This document shows positions 8,695-17,940 of a DNA stretch of 64,000 bases, piece after piece. The stretch comes from Clostridiales bacterium (GTDB lineage Bacteria > Bacillota > Clostridia > Oscillospirales > CAG-272), in NCBI GenBank assembly GCA_012840355.1, contig DULN01000010.1:226683-290682 (forward strand), read 5' to 3'. The position numbers and the translations under genes are program-made. The first letter of the stretch is position 1. The number at the start of each line of letters is the position of its first letter. The notes beneath the pieces were generated by a model. The model ran no database searches. It was not told where the DNA came from and worked only from the letters and a program-made list of their open reading frames with translations.

Positions 8695-9954
8695 ATGCCG
8701 GAAAAGAAAACATATCGCGACTTTATAAACTACTTAAAAGAGTTCCCGGACAAAAACGGGCGCTACGGGGCATACGGCGGGGCGTATCTGCCACCGGAGC
8801 TTGAGCCTGCGTTCAAAGAGATAACCGGCGCGTACATGACGATTTGCCACAGCACAAAATTCATCGAGGAACTGCGCAGGATCCGCCGCGAGTTCCAGGG
8901 CAGGCCGACGCCGGTCTATCATTGCGAGCGGCTGTCGAATCTGATTGGAAAGACCCAGATATACCTCAAGCGCGAGGACTTAAACCACACCGGCGCGCAT
9001 AAGCTCAACCACTGCATGGGCGAGGGGCTGCTCGCAAAATTCATGGGCAAGAAAAAGCTAATAGCCGAGACCGGCGCGGGGCAGCACGGCGTGGCGCTGG
9101 CGACCGCTGCGGCGTATTTCGGGCTAGAGTGCGATATCTACATGGGCGAGGTCGACATGGAAAAGCAAAAGCCGAACGTAACGCGTATGCGGATGCTCGG
9201 CGCGAGGGTAATACCGGTATCGCACGGCCTGCGGACCCTCAAAGAGGCTGTCGACGCGGCGTTTGAAGCGTACCTTAAAGAGTACAAGACGGCGATATAC
9301 TGCATCGGCTCGGTCGTCGGGCCGCACCCGTTCCCGATGATGGTGCGCGATTTTCAGGCTGTCGTCGGTTTTGAGGCGCGCGACCAGTTCGTTGAGATGA
9401 CTGGACAGCTTCCCGACGCCGCTGTCGCGTGCGTGGGCGGAGGCTCGAACGCGATGGGCCTTTTCGCGGGGTTCCTTGACCAGCCCGTCGAGCTTTACGG
9501 CGTCGAGCCGCTCGGGCGTGGGCCGGGCATTGGCGACCACGCAGCGTCGATTACTTTCGGCAAGCGCGGAATAATGCACGGGTTTGAGTCGCTGATGTTG
9601 CAAAATCAAAATGAGGGCGAGCCCGACCCGGTATATTCCGTCGCGAGCGGGCTTGACTACCCGTCGGTCGGCCCCGAGCACGCGTATCTTTACGACTGCG
9701 GGCGGGTCAACTACGTCACCGCAAGCGACGAGGAAGCAATGGAGGCGTATTTCCTGCTCTGCAGGCTTGAGGGCATTATCCCCGCGCTTGAGTCGTCGCA
9801 CGCGCTGGCGTACGCGATAAAATACGCGCGCGAGCATGATGGCGGTACGGTGCTCGTCAACCTCTCTGGCCGCGGCGACAAGGACATCGATTACATCTTC
9901 GAGCACTATGGCTACGGCGAGCGTTTCCTTGAAAAGTACGGGATAAAGGCGTAA
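8695..9954 (+). CDS. trpB: Tryptophan synthase beta chain (stand-alone, no trpA nearby)
   Basis: PLP-lysine motif [41 protein letters not shown]. Start reassigned to the ATG at 8695 (RBS AGGAGA). The track ORF start at 8614 would translate the terminator hairpin. Confidence 0.85.
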   Translation: MPEKKTYRDFINYLKEFPDKNGRYGAYGGAYLPPELEPAFKEITGAYMTICHSTKFIEELRRIRREFQGRPTPVYHCERLSNLIGKTQIYLKREDLNHTGAHKLNHCMGEGLLAKFMGKKKLIAETGAGQHGVALATAAAYFGLECDIYMGEVDMEKQKPNVTRMRMLGARVIPVSHGLRTLKEAVDAAFEAYLKEYKTAIYCIGSVVGPHPFPMMVRDFQAVVGFEARDQFVEMTGQLPDAAVACVGGGSNAMGLFAGFLDQPVELYGVEPLGRGPGIGDHAASITFGKRGIMHGFESLMLQNQNEGEPDPVYSVASGLDYPSVGPEHAYLYDCGRVNYVTASDEEAMEAYFLLCRLEGIIPALESSHALAYAIKYAREHDGGTVLVNLSGRGDKDIDYIFEHYGYGERFLEKYGIKA

Positions 9955-10098
9955 AATAGGATACGCCGGGAAGGCTATGCCTTCCCGGCCCCCGCAAACC
10001 GGCTCCGCCCTGTGCCGAGCGTATGTGCTTTGGGCACCGTCTACGAAACCCGCGCCGCCTTGCTCGGGTCCTTCTCCCTAGCAGCGGCTTTGGTGGCA

Positions 10099-10134
10099 CA
10101 AAAAATACAAAAGCCGCACGGATAACCCGTGCGG
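10099..10134 (-). terminator. Intrinsic terminator after radA (looks bidirectional)
   Basis: Stem gccgcacgg pairs with cccgtgcggc (10113..10134). On the minus strand it is followed by ttttgtatttttt; on the plus strand by aattttta. Confidence 0.6.
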
Positions 10135-10148
10135 CAATTTTTATTCCG

Positions 10149-11525
10149 TTATCCGCCGAGCGCCGCTTCCATCGCCTCGAAAACGCTTTTGACGGGGGCC
10201 AGCTTTATTGACTCAGCCTTAATGCTTCCAAGCTCGCTGCCGCGCGCAGGCACGATGATTTTGGTAAATCCCAGCCGCTCGGCCTCGCGCACGCGCGACT
10301 CGAGCATCGGTACAGCACGCACTTCGCCGGCAAGCCCAATCTCACCCACGGCGATAAGCCCGGCGTCGACGGGTATGTCTTTGATGCATGAGATAAGCGC
10401 CAGCGCTGTCGGCAGGTCAGCGGCTGGCTCGTCAATCTCAAGCCCTCCTACGATGTTGAGGTATACGTCCGAGCCTGAAAAGCGCAGCCCAATCCGCTTT
10501 TCAAGCACCGCCAAAAGCATGCAAAGGCGGCTGTAATCGAACCCCGTAGCGGTGCGCCGCGGGGAAGGGAAGACGGTCGGGGATGCCAGCGACTGTATTT
10601 CGGCGATTATCGGCCGCGTGCCCTCTATCACGCATACCGCGCAGCTGCCCGACACATTTTTGGGGCGTCCGGCAAGTAGCGCTTCCGAAGGGTTAGGCAC
10701 CTCGCGCAAGCCCGCGGCGGTCATCTCGAAAACTCCAAGCTCTGACACCGAGCCGAAGCGGTTTTTGCTCGCGCGGATAATGCGGTAAGCGTGACGATGC
10801 TCGCCTTCGAAGCAGAGCACAGCGTCGACCATATGCTCAAGCACTTTTGGGCCGGCGATGCCGCCTTCTTTGTTGACATGCCCGACCATAATGACAGCGA
10901 CCCCGCGCGATTTCGCGAGCGTTATAAGCTGTGACGCGCACTCGCGCACTTGCGTCACGCTGCCCGGCGTCGAGGCGGCTTCGCTTGTCCGCAGCGTCTG
11001 TATCGAGTCGACGACGATAACCTCGGGGCAAAGATCGTCAATCTGCTTGAGGGAGGTGTCGAGGCTAGTTTCGGCAAGCACGAGCAGGTTGTCGGAGCGC
11101 ACGCCCAGCCGCTCGGCTCGCAACCGGATTTGACCGGGCGACTCCTCGCCTGATATGTATAACACCCGCCTCTTAGCCGCAATTGAGCCTGAAATCTGAA
11201 GCAGCAATGTCGACTTGCCTATTCCCGGCTCGCCCGAGAGTAGCACCGCAGAGCCGCGGACAAGCCCGCCGCCGAGCACCCTGTCAAGCTCCGCCATGCC
11301 GGAGGTAATGCGCAGGTTTGCGTCCGAGCTAATCTGCGAGAGCGGCAGGGCGATATTTTCGCCGCCGGGCGCCGGTTTTAGGCGCGATTTTTCTTTCGGT
11401 TCCGGAAGCACGGTTTCCTCTTCAAACGTGTTCCAAGAGTCGCACTCGGGGCAGCGCCCGAGCCATTTTGAGGACCTGTAGCCGCATTCGCTGCAAACAA
11501 AAAACGTTTTCGCTTTCAAATTCAC
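10149..11525 (-). CDS. radA: DNA repair protein RadA/Sms
   Basis: Zinc finger CSECGYRSSKWLGRCPEC, Walker A GEPGIGKSTLLLQ, KNRFG motif, Lon-like C-terminal domain. GTG start. Confidence 0.9.
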   Translation of the reverse strand: MNLKAKTFFVCSECGYRSSKWLGRCPECDSWNTFEEETVLPEPKEKSRLKPAPGGENIALPLSQISSDANLRITSGMAELDRVLGGGLVRGSAVLLSGEPGIGKSTLLLQISGSIAAKRRVLYISGEESPGQIRLRAERLGVRSDNLLVLAETSLDTSLKQIDDLCPEVIVVDSIQTLRTSEAASTPGSVTQVRECASQLITLAKSRGVAVIMVGHVNKEGGIAGPKVLEHMVDAVLCFEGEHRHAYRIIRASKNRFGSVSELGVFEMTAAGLREVPNPSEALLAGRPKNVSGSCAVCVIEGTRPIIAEIQSLASPTVFPSPRRTATGFDYSRLCMLLAVLEKRIGLRFSGSDVYLNIVGGLEIDEPAADLPTALALISCIKDIPVDAGLIAVGEIGLAGEVRAVPMLESRVREAERLGFTKIIVPARGSELGSIKAESIKLAPVKSVFEAMEAALGG

Positions 11526-11535
11526 ACACCGTTAT

Positions 11536-11576
11536 AACAAAGCGCCGACCGGAAACAAAGTTTTAGCGGTCGGCGC
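11536..11576 (-). terminator. Terminator-like hairpin between the URO-D-like gene and radA
   Basis: 10-bp stem gcgccgaccg (11542..11551) pairs with cggtcggcgc (11567..11576). On the minus strand it is followed by tttgttataac. It ends only about 17 nt before the radA start codon. Confidence 0.5.
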
Positions 11577-11581
11577 CGATT

Positions 11582-12820
11582 TTATCTCATTGTTTCCTCG
11601 ACTGCGATTTCAGCCCAGCGCCAGAGCCGCGGCGGGTCATATCGCACGGTCGAGATGTCCTTCATAATCAGCTCAAGGCGCTTACCGTAGCGCTTTGCGG
11701 CTTCGATAGTACGGCGGACGTCGGCGCGCGCGGCTTCCTCGTCGAACGTGTCGGTCGCGAAAATGGCGGGGGAGGGCTTTGCCGACATAATATACTCGTC
11801 CGGAACCTTTTCGGCGAAAGCCTCGCGGTCGCTCCACGGGCTGCAAGACACTTTTTTGATATTCGGCATGCGTGCGACGATATCGAGCCGGTCGTCAAGC
11901 CGGTCGCAGCAGCCGTAATAAATCGCGCCGAAATAGGGGAACAGCCGCTGCATATACGGCACTTCAAACTCGGCGGTAATCTCCGGCGAAACTCCGGTAA
12001 AAAGCTGGGCAAGCCCAAACGCCCACGCGTCTTTCGAGGTGGGGCGCTCGGGGTCGCAATCCGGGCCGGGCAGGGCACTCGAGAAAGTGTAAGAGCAATG
12101 CGTGATGTTGGTGTTTATATCGAAAATCCCAAGTTCGTTCGCCTGTTCGATCATTGAAACAAACGCCTCTGTCATGCGTTCCATGCAGGCGTGCATGAAC
12201 TGCGGCCGCTCGATTAGCTCGATATAGGCATTCTCCACGCCGAGCCACTGGGAAAGGTAGTCCCAAGCGCCGAGGTGCATGTTAAGCCCGCTGAACTTCC
12301 ACGGGATGATGCCTTCAAATATGTAATTGGCAGCCTCGGCGGCGGCTTTGTCCGCTTCCCGGTCTACGCCGAGCTGTGGTATCTTTATCTTTTCAATATC
12401 CTCAGGCTCGCTTATGACCGCTTCATAGTAATGGCCGACAACCGAGCTTGTCGGGTCGGTCACCGCGATGCGCTCCTTGTTTGTTACGCCAAATCCGGTA
12501 TTTGAAATATGGCGGGGGATAAGCACATATGGGTTAAGCACCATATCGGCGGGCAGGTGCTCCCATTTGTAGATTTCGGTGCGAAGGTGCCACTCGACAT
12601 TGCGCCAGTATGGATGCTCCACCTCGCATCTGAGGAAGCCGTCGACGTCAAGCTCGTTCCAAGGCATCTGGTCTATCGCCACCATCGGCTTTACCATATG
12701 ACCGTCGTTCAGCGAGCGCCACATCTTGAGCTTTTGGGCTTGGACAGGCAGCGCGGCGTGCTCGGCATAGCGAGCCGCAAGCCTGCGCAGTACCTCTATG
12801 TCTTTTTTTGACGGCAGCAT
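11582..12820 (-). CDS. Hypothetical protein, possibly uroporphyrinogen-decarboxylase (URO-D)-superfamily
   Basis: Strong RBS (AAGGAG) and a 412-aa soluble protein. The family assignment is a weak recollection of similar Clostridia proteins (KMWRSLNDGHMVKPMVAIDQMPWNE) and is not motif-proven. Confidence 0.3.
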   Translation of the reverse strand: MLPSKKDIEVLRRLAARYAEHAALPVQAQKLKMWRSLNDGHMVKPMVAIDQMPWNELDVDGFLRCEVEHPYWRNVEWHLRTEIYKWEHLPADMVLNPYVLIPRHISNTGFGVTNKERIAVTDPTSSVVGHYYEAVISEPEDIEKIKIPQLGVDREADKAAAEAANYIFEGIIPWKFSGLNMHLGAWDYLSQWLGVENAYIELIERPQFMHACMERMTEAFVSMIEQANELGIFDINTNITHCSYTFSSALPGPDCDPERPTSKDAWAFGLAQLFTGVSPEITAEFEVPYMQRLFPYFGAIYYGCCDRLDDRLDIVARMPNIKKVSCSPWSDREAFAEKVPDEYIMSAKPSPAIFATDTFDEEAARADVRRTIEAAKRYGKRLELIMKDISTVRYDPPRLWRWAEIAVEETMR

Positions 12821-12900
12821 GGCACGGACTCCTTTTAGCGTGTATTACAATCTAAGTATATCATAGCCGCCGCCAAAAGCAACAGCGGTAATAAAATTTC

Positions 12901-13860
12901 TCAGGCGAAAATAAAGTCGAGCAATTTGCCCGCCAAAAAAAGCGATACAGGTATCGTCCCGACCGAGAATAGCGTTGCCACCCCGACCGTATGCGCCGCA
13001 TACGAGGGGTTTATATCGTATGACTCGGCTAAAATCGCCGTATTCGCGGCGGTGGGCAGCGACGCCATAACCGCGCCGAACATCGCCATCTCTTTTGAAA
13101 AGCCCAAAAGGGCTAAAAGCACGCTTGAAACAAGGGGCAATACCAAAAGCTTTACCGCCGAAAGCAGGTAAATTTTTGGCTCGGTAAAAAGCCTGCCGAG
13201 CGGGACGGTCGCGAGCAGCCCTCCGACGACAAGCATCGAGAGAGGCGTGCAAATCGAGCCGAGGTAATCCATCGCTTCGAGGGCTTTTGCCGGCAGAATG
13301 TCGCCCACCCTCAGCACGTAAAGCAAAAGCCCGAGCACGCATGGCACCGTGCCGAAGTTGATGAAAATGTTAAGCGGCTTAATTTTTACGCTCGAGTCGG
13401 CGCGCGAGAGGATAAACTGCCCGTATGTCCAGCATACGAGGTTAAAGACAATCACATAAAACGAACCCCAGAACACCCCGACGTCACCGAATATGGCGCG
13501 AAGGAGCGGAAACCCCATAAAGCCGCAGTTCGCGAAAACTATAGCAAACTCGGTCAGCCGGCGCGCGTCGGCATTTTTTATGCGCATGGTGGCTAAAAAT
13601 CCTAGGAGAGCGCCTACCGCATGCACGATAAGCCCGACAGCCAAAACCAAAAGCCCCTCGCGGAGGTTTGAGTCGGAGTAAGGCATGCCGAGCACCGCCG
13701 ATATAATCATAAACGGCTGCCCGACGCGGATTATAAGGTCGCTCATCAGTTTCGGCGAAGTCTCGCCGATAAAATTCAGCTTGCGGGCTATGTAGCCGGT
13801 GATGATAATAAAAAACATCGTCGCGACTACCGGCCCGACCGCGTTTAAATCGGCTGCCAA
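12901..13860 (-). CDS. AEC (auxin efflux carrier) family transporter
   Basis: About 10 TM segments in a 319-aa protein with an N-terminus typical of AEC/malate-permease-like proteins (VVATMFFIIITGYIARKLNFI). TTG start 2 nt after the UDG stop, with RBS GGGGGTG. Confidence 0.8.
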   Translation of the reverse strand: MAADLNAVGPVVATMFFIIITGYIARKLNFIGETSPKLMSDLIIRVGQPFMIISAVLGMPYSDSNLREGLLVLAVGLIVHAVGALLGFLATMRIKNADARRLTEFAIVFANCGFMGFPLLRAIFGDVGVFWGSFYVIVFNLVCWTYGQFILSRADSSVKIKPLNIFINFGTVPCVLGLLLYVLRVGDILPAKALEAMDYLGSICTPLSMLVVGGLLATVPLGRLFTEPKIYLLSAVKLLVLPLVSSVLLALLGFSKEMAMFGAVMASLPTAANTAILAESYDINPSYAAHTVGVATLFSVGTIPVSLFLAGKLLDFIFA

Positions 13861-13862
13861 TT

Positions 13863-14438
13863 TTACACCCCCGAGAGAGCGTCGAGCGCCGCTTTTATGT
13901 TTTGCATGTCACGAAGCATGTCCTCCCGCTTGCGAGGGTCGCGCAACAGCAGGGAAGGGTGGTATACGGCGCAGATTTTAAACTGCCCTTTATCAAACCA
14001 TATCCCATGCTCGGAGGTAATCTTAAAGTCGGGCTTGATTAGCCTCATAGCCGATATCCTGCCGAGGCAGACGATAATTTTGGGCTTAATCAGCCGCACC
14101 TGCTCGCGCAGGTAATCGATGCACATGTCTTGTTCGGCAGGGAGCGGGTCGCGGTTGTGCGGCGGCCTGCATTTTAAAATATTGGTTATGTAAACGTCCT
14201 CGCGCTTTATGTCAACCGCGTAAAGGAACTTGTCGAGCAGCTGTCCCGCCCGACCGACAAAGGGCATGCCGGTGAGGTCTTCCTGTTCGCCCGGCGCCTC
14301 GCCCACAAACATCAAATCGGCATCCCGGTTGCCGCAGCCGAAAACGGTGTTTGTCTTGGTTTTGCCAAGCGGGCAGCGTGTGCAATTTTCGCAGGCGCGC
14401 TGAAGCTCGTCCCAGCGCGCGGCTATCTCGCTCGTCAT
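13863..14438 (-). CDS. Uracil-DNA glycosylase, family 4
   Basis: CENCTRCPL Fe-S cysteines, GEAPGEQED active-site motif, [13 protein letters not shown] near the C-terminus. Confidence 0.85.
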   Translation of the reverse strand: MTSEIAARWDELQRACENCTRCPLGKTKTNTVFGCGNRDADLMFVGEAPGEQEDLTGMPFVGRAGQLLDKFLYAVDIKREDVYITNILKCRPPHNRDPLPAEQDMCIDYLREQVRLIKPKIIVCLGRISAMRLIKPDFKITSEHGIWFDKGQFKICAVYHPSLLLRDPRKREDMLRDMQNIKAALDALSGV

Positions 14439-14570
14439 AGCAGCTCTCCGAAGTTATGTATATTTTCGGGTAAAGTTATTTTACCGCTCTTTTGACACAC
14501 ATTACGGGGGTGCATGTCGCGCCCCCGCCGCTCCTCCGGTTTAGTTTACTTTGCAATATTCTTTTATTCA

Positions 14571-15185
14571 TTAGAGCCCGCGCAGAGTCTCCACCGCGTC
14601 GGACATGCGTATCTCGTCGCAATGCTCGGCTACCCAGATATGTACGATATCGGGATCGAGCAAATTGCCGTACTCGCGCAAGATATTTATGTCGGCTATG
14701 CCGTCGAGGATAAGTATATAGCGCGTCTTGCTGCGGCTGCGGTCGCAGTATGCATAGGATTTGCCCCTATACCCGTCAGCATACAGCCTGCGGCAGCAGT
14801 TCGTCAGCTGAGAAAGCGTTTCAAACTCGGCGGCACAGCCGCGCACCTTTTTAAGGTCAAACTCGCCTGCGCGATCTAGCGTCAGCCGGTCGGAGGAGTC
14901 GCACGAGCGGTCGGTCATTTTAAGCGAGCTGCCGGTCTCGGGTGAGAGTTTGGTCACATACAGCTCGCACCCGCCGTCTTTTGAAGGGTAAATCTGTATG
15001 AAGACTCGGCTATGCGCTGCGTCAAACCCGGTCTTTTGCTTCGCTTCGTCGAGAATGCTCCAAAATGCGCGACGCGTGCCGGTGCTGTCATAGTCGATGT
15101 CGTCGCAGGACAGCTGAAGCGCTTTCATATCCTCCGGTGTCAGCGTCACCTTAAGTTTGCTTTCACTTATTAAGATTAGGTCCAC
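14571..15185 (-). CDS. mecA: MecA-family adaptor protein
   Basis: N-terminus MDLILISESKLKVTLTPEDMKALQL...FWSILDEAKQKTGF...CELYVTKL follows the MecA N-domain pattern. GTG start with RBS AAAGGGG. Confidence 0.55.
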   Translation of the reverse strand: MDLILISESKLKVTLTPEDMKALQLSCDDIDYDSTGTRRAFWSILDEAKQKTGFDAAHSRVFIQIYPSKDGGCELYVTKLSPETGSSLKMTDRSCDSSDRLTLDRAGEFDLKKVRGCAAEFETLSQLTNCCRRLYADGYRGKSYAYCDRSRSKTRYILILDGIADINILREYGNLLDPDIVHIWVAEHCDEIRMSDAVETLRGL

Positions 15186-15394
15186 TTACAATCCGCCCCT
15201 TTGCGCCAATAAACGATTTTTTGCAATACATTACTATTATAAGCGCGCGGCGGAAAAAATGTAACCCTAAAGTTTATGGAAAATCAGGGCGCCTTTTGAC
15301 GCCATGGATAGCAAAGCCGCCCTGAAAATTACGGATAAGGCGGGGCTAGTTTTTCCAAAGCGAAAGGGGCAGATCTTCCCGCCGAACGCATCGG

Positions 15395-16444
15395 TTAAAA
15401 TTTGATTCTTTCGCCAAGCCCGGGCACGGTACCCTCTTCCGGCAGCAAATACAGGCCCGAGCCGTCCTCCCAGGTGAGGTGTTTTTTGCCGCAGCCGCTG
15501 CCGGCGGCGCATTCGATAATGTCGGCTACAACCGCGCTAGCGGTGGGGAGGCTCCCCGCGCCGCGGCCGTAGAACATGACGTCACCGGTCATCGAGCCGT
15601 GCAGCAGCACGCCGTTGAACACGCCTTCGACAGAGTAGAGGGGGTTTGTCATCACAACCTCGTACGGCGCAACCTCGGCTTCGATTTTCCCGTCGGGCAG
15701 CCGGCGCGCGCGCGCGATGAGCTTTACCGCCCGGTTCTTTTCGGCAGCGGCGGCGAGGTGATCAAGCGTTAGCCCGCGTATACCGCGGCAGCTAACCTTA
15801 GCAGGCGGTATAAGCACGCCGAAAGCGACCGCCGCAAGAATGCATATTTTGCGGCAGGCGTCGTAGCCGTCGATGTCGGCGCTCGGGTCAGCCTCGGCGT
15901 AGCCGAGCCTTTGTGCCTCGCGCAGCGCAGCGTCGAAATCGTAGCCGGCTGCCATCTCTGTGAGAATAAAGTTCGTCGTACCGTTGAGTATGCCGGTAAT
16001 TTCGATTATATCGTCATGCGCTAGCGACTCGTTCATCGGGCGTATCAGCGGTATGCCGCCGCCGACGCTGCCTTCGAAAAGGTACTTTACGCCTCGGCTT
16101 TCGGCGATTCGGAGCAGCTCGATGCCGTGTGTAGCCACAAGCTCTTTGTTTGAGGTGACAACATGCTTGCCAGCCTCGAGAAGCGCTTTGGTATATTTAT
16201 ACGCCGCGCCGACGCCGCCCATCGTTTCCGCTACGACGGCGATTGACTCGTCGCTAATTATATCGTCAAAATTATGCGTTACTCGGTTGGCGTAAGGGCT
16301 GTCGGGAAAATCACGCAAATCGAGTATGCGCTTTATATTTATATCGTCGCCGAGGCGGCTTTTTACAAGCGCGTAGTTGTTTGAGATAACTTCCGCGATG
16401 CCGCTGCCGACAGTTCCAAAGCCCATGATGGCTATATTAAGCAT
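15395..16444 (-). CDS. hom: Homoserine dehydrogenase
   Basis: NAD(P) fold IAIMGFGTVGSG, central VTSNKELVA and GGGIPLIRP motifs. Start set to the ATG at 16444 (MLNIAIMGFG) rather than the track start at 16495. Confidence 0.85.
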   Translation of the reverse strand: MLNIAIMGFGTVGSGIAEVISNNYALVKSRLGDDINIKRILDLRDFPDSPYANRVTHNFDDIISDESIAVVAETMGGVGAAYKYTKALLEAGKHVVTSNKELVATHGIELLRIAESRGVKYLFEGSVGGGIPLIRPMNESLAHDDIIEITGILNGTTNFILTEMAAGYDFDAALREAQRLGYAEADPSADIDGYDACRKICILAAVAFGVLIPPAKVSCRGIRGLTLDHLAAAAEKNRAVKLIARARRLPDGKIEAEVAPYEVVMTNPLYSVEGVFNGVLLHGSMTGDVMFYGRGAGSLPTASAVVADIIECAAGSGCGKKHLTWEDGSGLYLLPEEGTVPGLGERIKF

Positions 16445-16530
16445 GCTGAAATTCACCTTTGCAGTTTTATTTTTATGGCTGCGGTTAAAAGGCACAAGTG
16501 CTAGGGGCGGGGTATAACCCCGCGGGGTTT

Positions 16531-17934
16531 TTATTTTTTGCCCGAGTCGAGCTCTATGTTTATTTTATCCGCGACGTAAAGCCCGTTTGCGGCAGCCTGC
16601 GACAGCGAGCGGGTAAAGCCCGCGCCGTCGCCTATCGCGTATATCTTCTCGCAGCCCTCGAGCTCGAAGTCGTTGCACTTAGGCCTTGCGGAGTAATACT
16701 TGCACTCAATGCCGTAAAGCAGCGTGTCGTAGTTAGCGGTGCCCGGCGCGATTTTGTCAAGCGCGTCGAGCGTTTCGATAATATTGTCGAGCTGGCGCTT
16801 GGGCATGCAGAGCGAAAGGTCGCCCGGCACTGCTTTCAGTGTCGGCTTGGTAGTCGACGCGGCGAGCCTGCGCTCGTCTGTGCGCCTGCCTAGCTTGAGG
16901 TCGCCAAGCCTTTGCACGAGCACGCTTCCGCCGCTGATGAGGTTGCATAGTTTCGCGACATGGCGCGCGTATTCTATCGGGTTGTCGAACGGCTCGGTAA
17001 ACTTGATAGTGGTAAGCAGCGCGAAGTTCGAGTTGGTAGTCTTCATCGCCGGGTCATGGTATGCGTGGCCGTTGACGGTAAGCACCCCGTCGGTATTCTC
17101 GATGACGACGCTGCCGCGCTCGTTAAAGCAGAACATGCGCGTCGTGTCGCCGTACGCTTTAGAGCGGTATTTGATTTTAGGCTCGTAGATGCGCCGTGAA
17201 AACTCCTCCCAGACAATGGCGGGAAGCTCGACGCGAACGCCGACGTCGACCTGGTTGTTTTCAACAGGGATATCATTGTCCTGGCACCATTTGTAGAAGA
17301 ACCGGCTGCCCGCGCGCCCGAGCGCGAGGATGATGCGATCAGCCGTGATGTCGAGCCTGCCGTCGCGCGTCGAGCATTTGAGCCAGTGCGCGGACTTGTC
17401 GATATCGGTAACCTCGGTTTCGGTGTAGATGGTTATATACTTCTCAAGATGGGTGATCATGTTGCCCATTATCTTGAGGTTGCCGTCGGTGCCGAAATGC
17501 TTGACCTGGGCCTGCGCCATGTGCAGGTCGTATTTAAGCGCCATTCGCTTTAGCTCGTTGTCGGGCATGTAGCGCTCGGTCGGAGCGCCTAAAGATACTA
17601 GTATCGAGTCTGCCTGCTCGATATAGCCGATAACCGTTTCATCGGGCAGAAGGTCGGTGAGCCAGCCGCCGTACTCGGTCGAGATTACGTATTTGCCGTC
17701 CGAAAAGGCGCCCGCGCCGGCCATGCCTTCCATAATTGAGCAGCGCTTGCATCTGATGCAGGTTTGGACTTTCTTTTGCAGGATTGGGCATCTGCGCTTA
17801 TCGAGAGCGGGGCCGCGCTCGATAAGCACGATTTTGAGTTCCGGATGCTTTTCCACAAGGCGGTAAGCGCACATGAGCCCGCTAATTCCGCCTCCGACAA
17901 TTGCGACATCGTAGTTTTCGTTTCTAATTATCAT
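16531..17934 (-). CDS. FAD-dependent protein (COG2509-type NAD(FAD)-utilising dehydrogenase)
   Basis: Dinucleotide fold YDVAIVGGGISGLMCAYRL, cysteine cluster CPILQKKVQTCIRCKRC, C-terminal IYAIGDGAGFTR. Confidence 0.75.
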   Translation of the reverse strand: MIIRNENYDVAIVGGGISGLMCAYRLVEKHPELKIVLIERGPALDKRRCPILQKKVQTCIRCKRCSIMEGMAGAGAFSDGKYVISTEYGGWLTDLLPDETVIGYIEQADSILVSLGAPTERYMPDNELKRMALKYDLHMAQAQVKHFGTDGNLKIMGNMITHLEKYITIYTETEVTDIDKSAHWLKCSTRDGRLDITADRIILALGRAGSRFFYKWCQDNDIPVENNQVDVGVRVELPAIVWEEFSRRIYEPKIKYRSKAYGDTTRMFCFNERGSVVIENTDGVLTVNGHAYHDPAMKTTNSNFALLTTIKFTEPFDNPIEYARHVAKLCNLISGGSVLVQRLGDLKLGRRTDERRLAASTTKPTLKAVPGDLSLCMPKRQLDNIIETLDALDKIAPGTANYDTLLYGIECKYYSARPKCNDFELEGCEKIYAIGDGAGFTRSLSQAAANGLYVADKINIELDSGKK

Positions 17935-17940
17935 TTTATC

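Noticed and set aside
9124-9906. Long antisense 'shadow' ORFs: 9124..9906(-), 5540..6328(+), 6318..7022(+), 39756..40664(-), 50571..51491(+), 54172..55161(+), 1648..2178(-) and many shorter ones
   Set aside because: All lie opposite genes with clear conserved motifs. They are Arg/Ala/Pro/Gly-rich, as expected from reading GC-rich coding sequence in the wrong frame, and they lack an RBS. They are typical high-GC artefacts.
8695-9954. Classifying the solitary TrpB as a TrpB2-type enzyme
   Set aside because: Key blocks ([31 protein letters not shown]) look closer to TrpB1 than to what I recall of TrpB2 (GAGQWG, no MG..D..RQ..NV block). A tree is needed, so I only call it trpB.
16504-16532. Hairpin cggggt-ataa-ccccg just after the FAD-protein stop, considered as its terminator
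   Set aside because: The stem is short (5-6 bp). The T-run lies on the plus-strand side, inside the gene's last codons, not after the hairpin on the transcribed minus strand.
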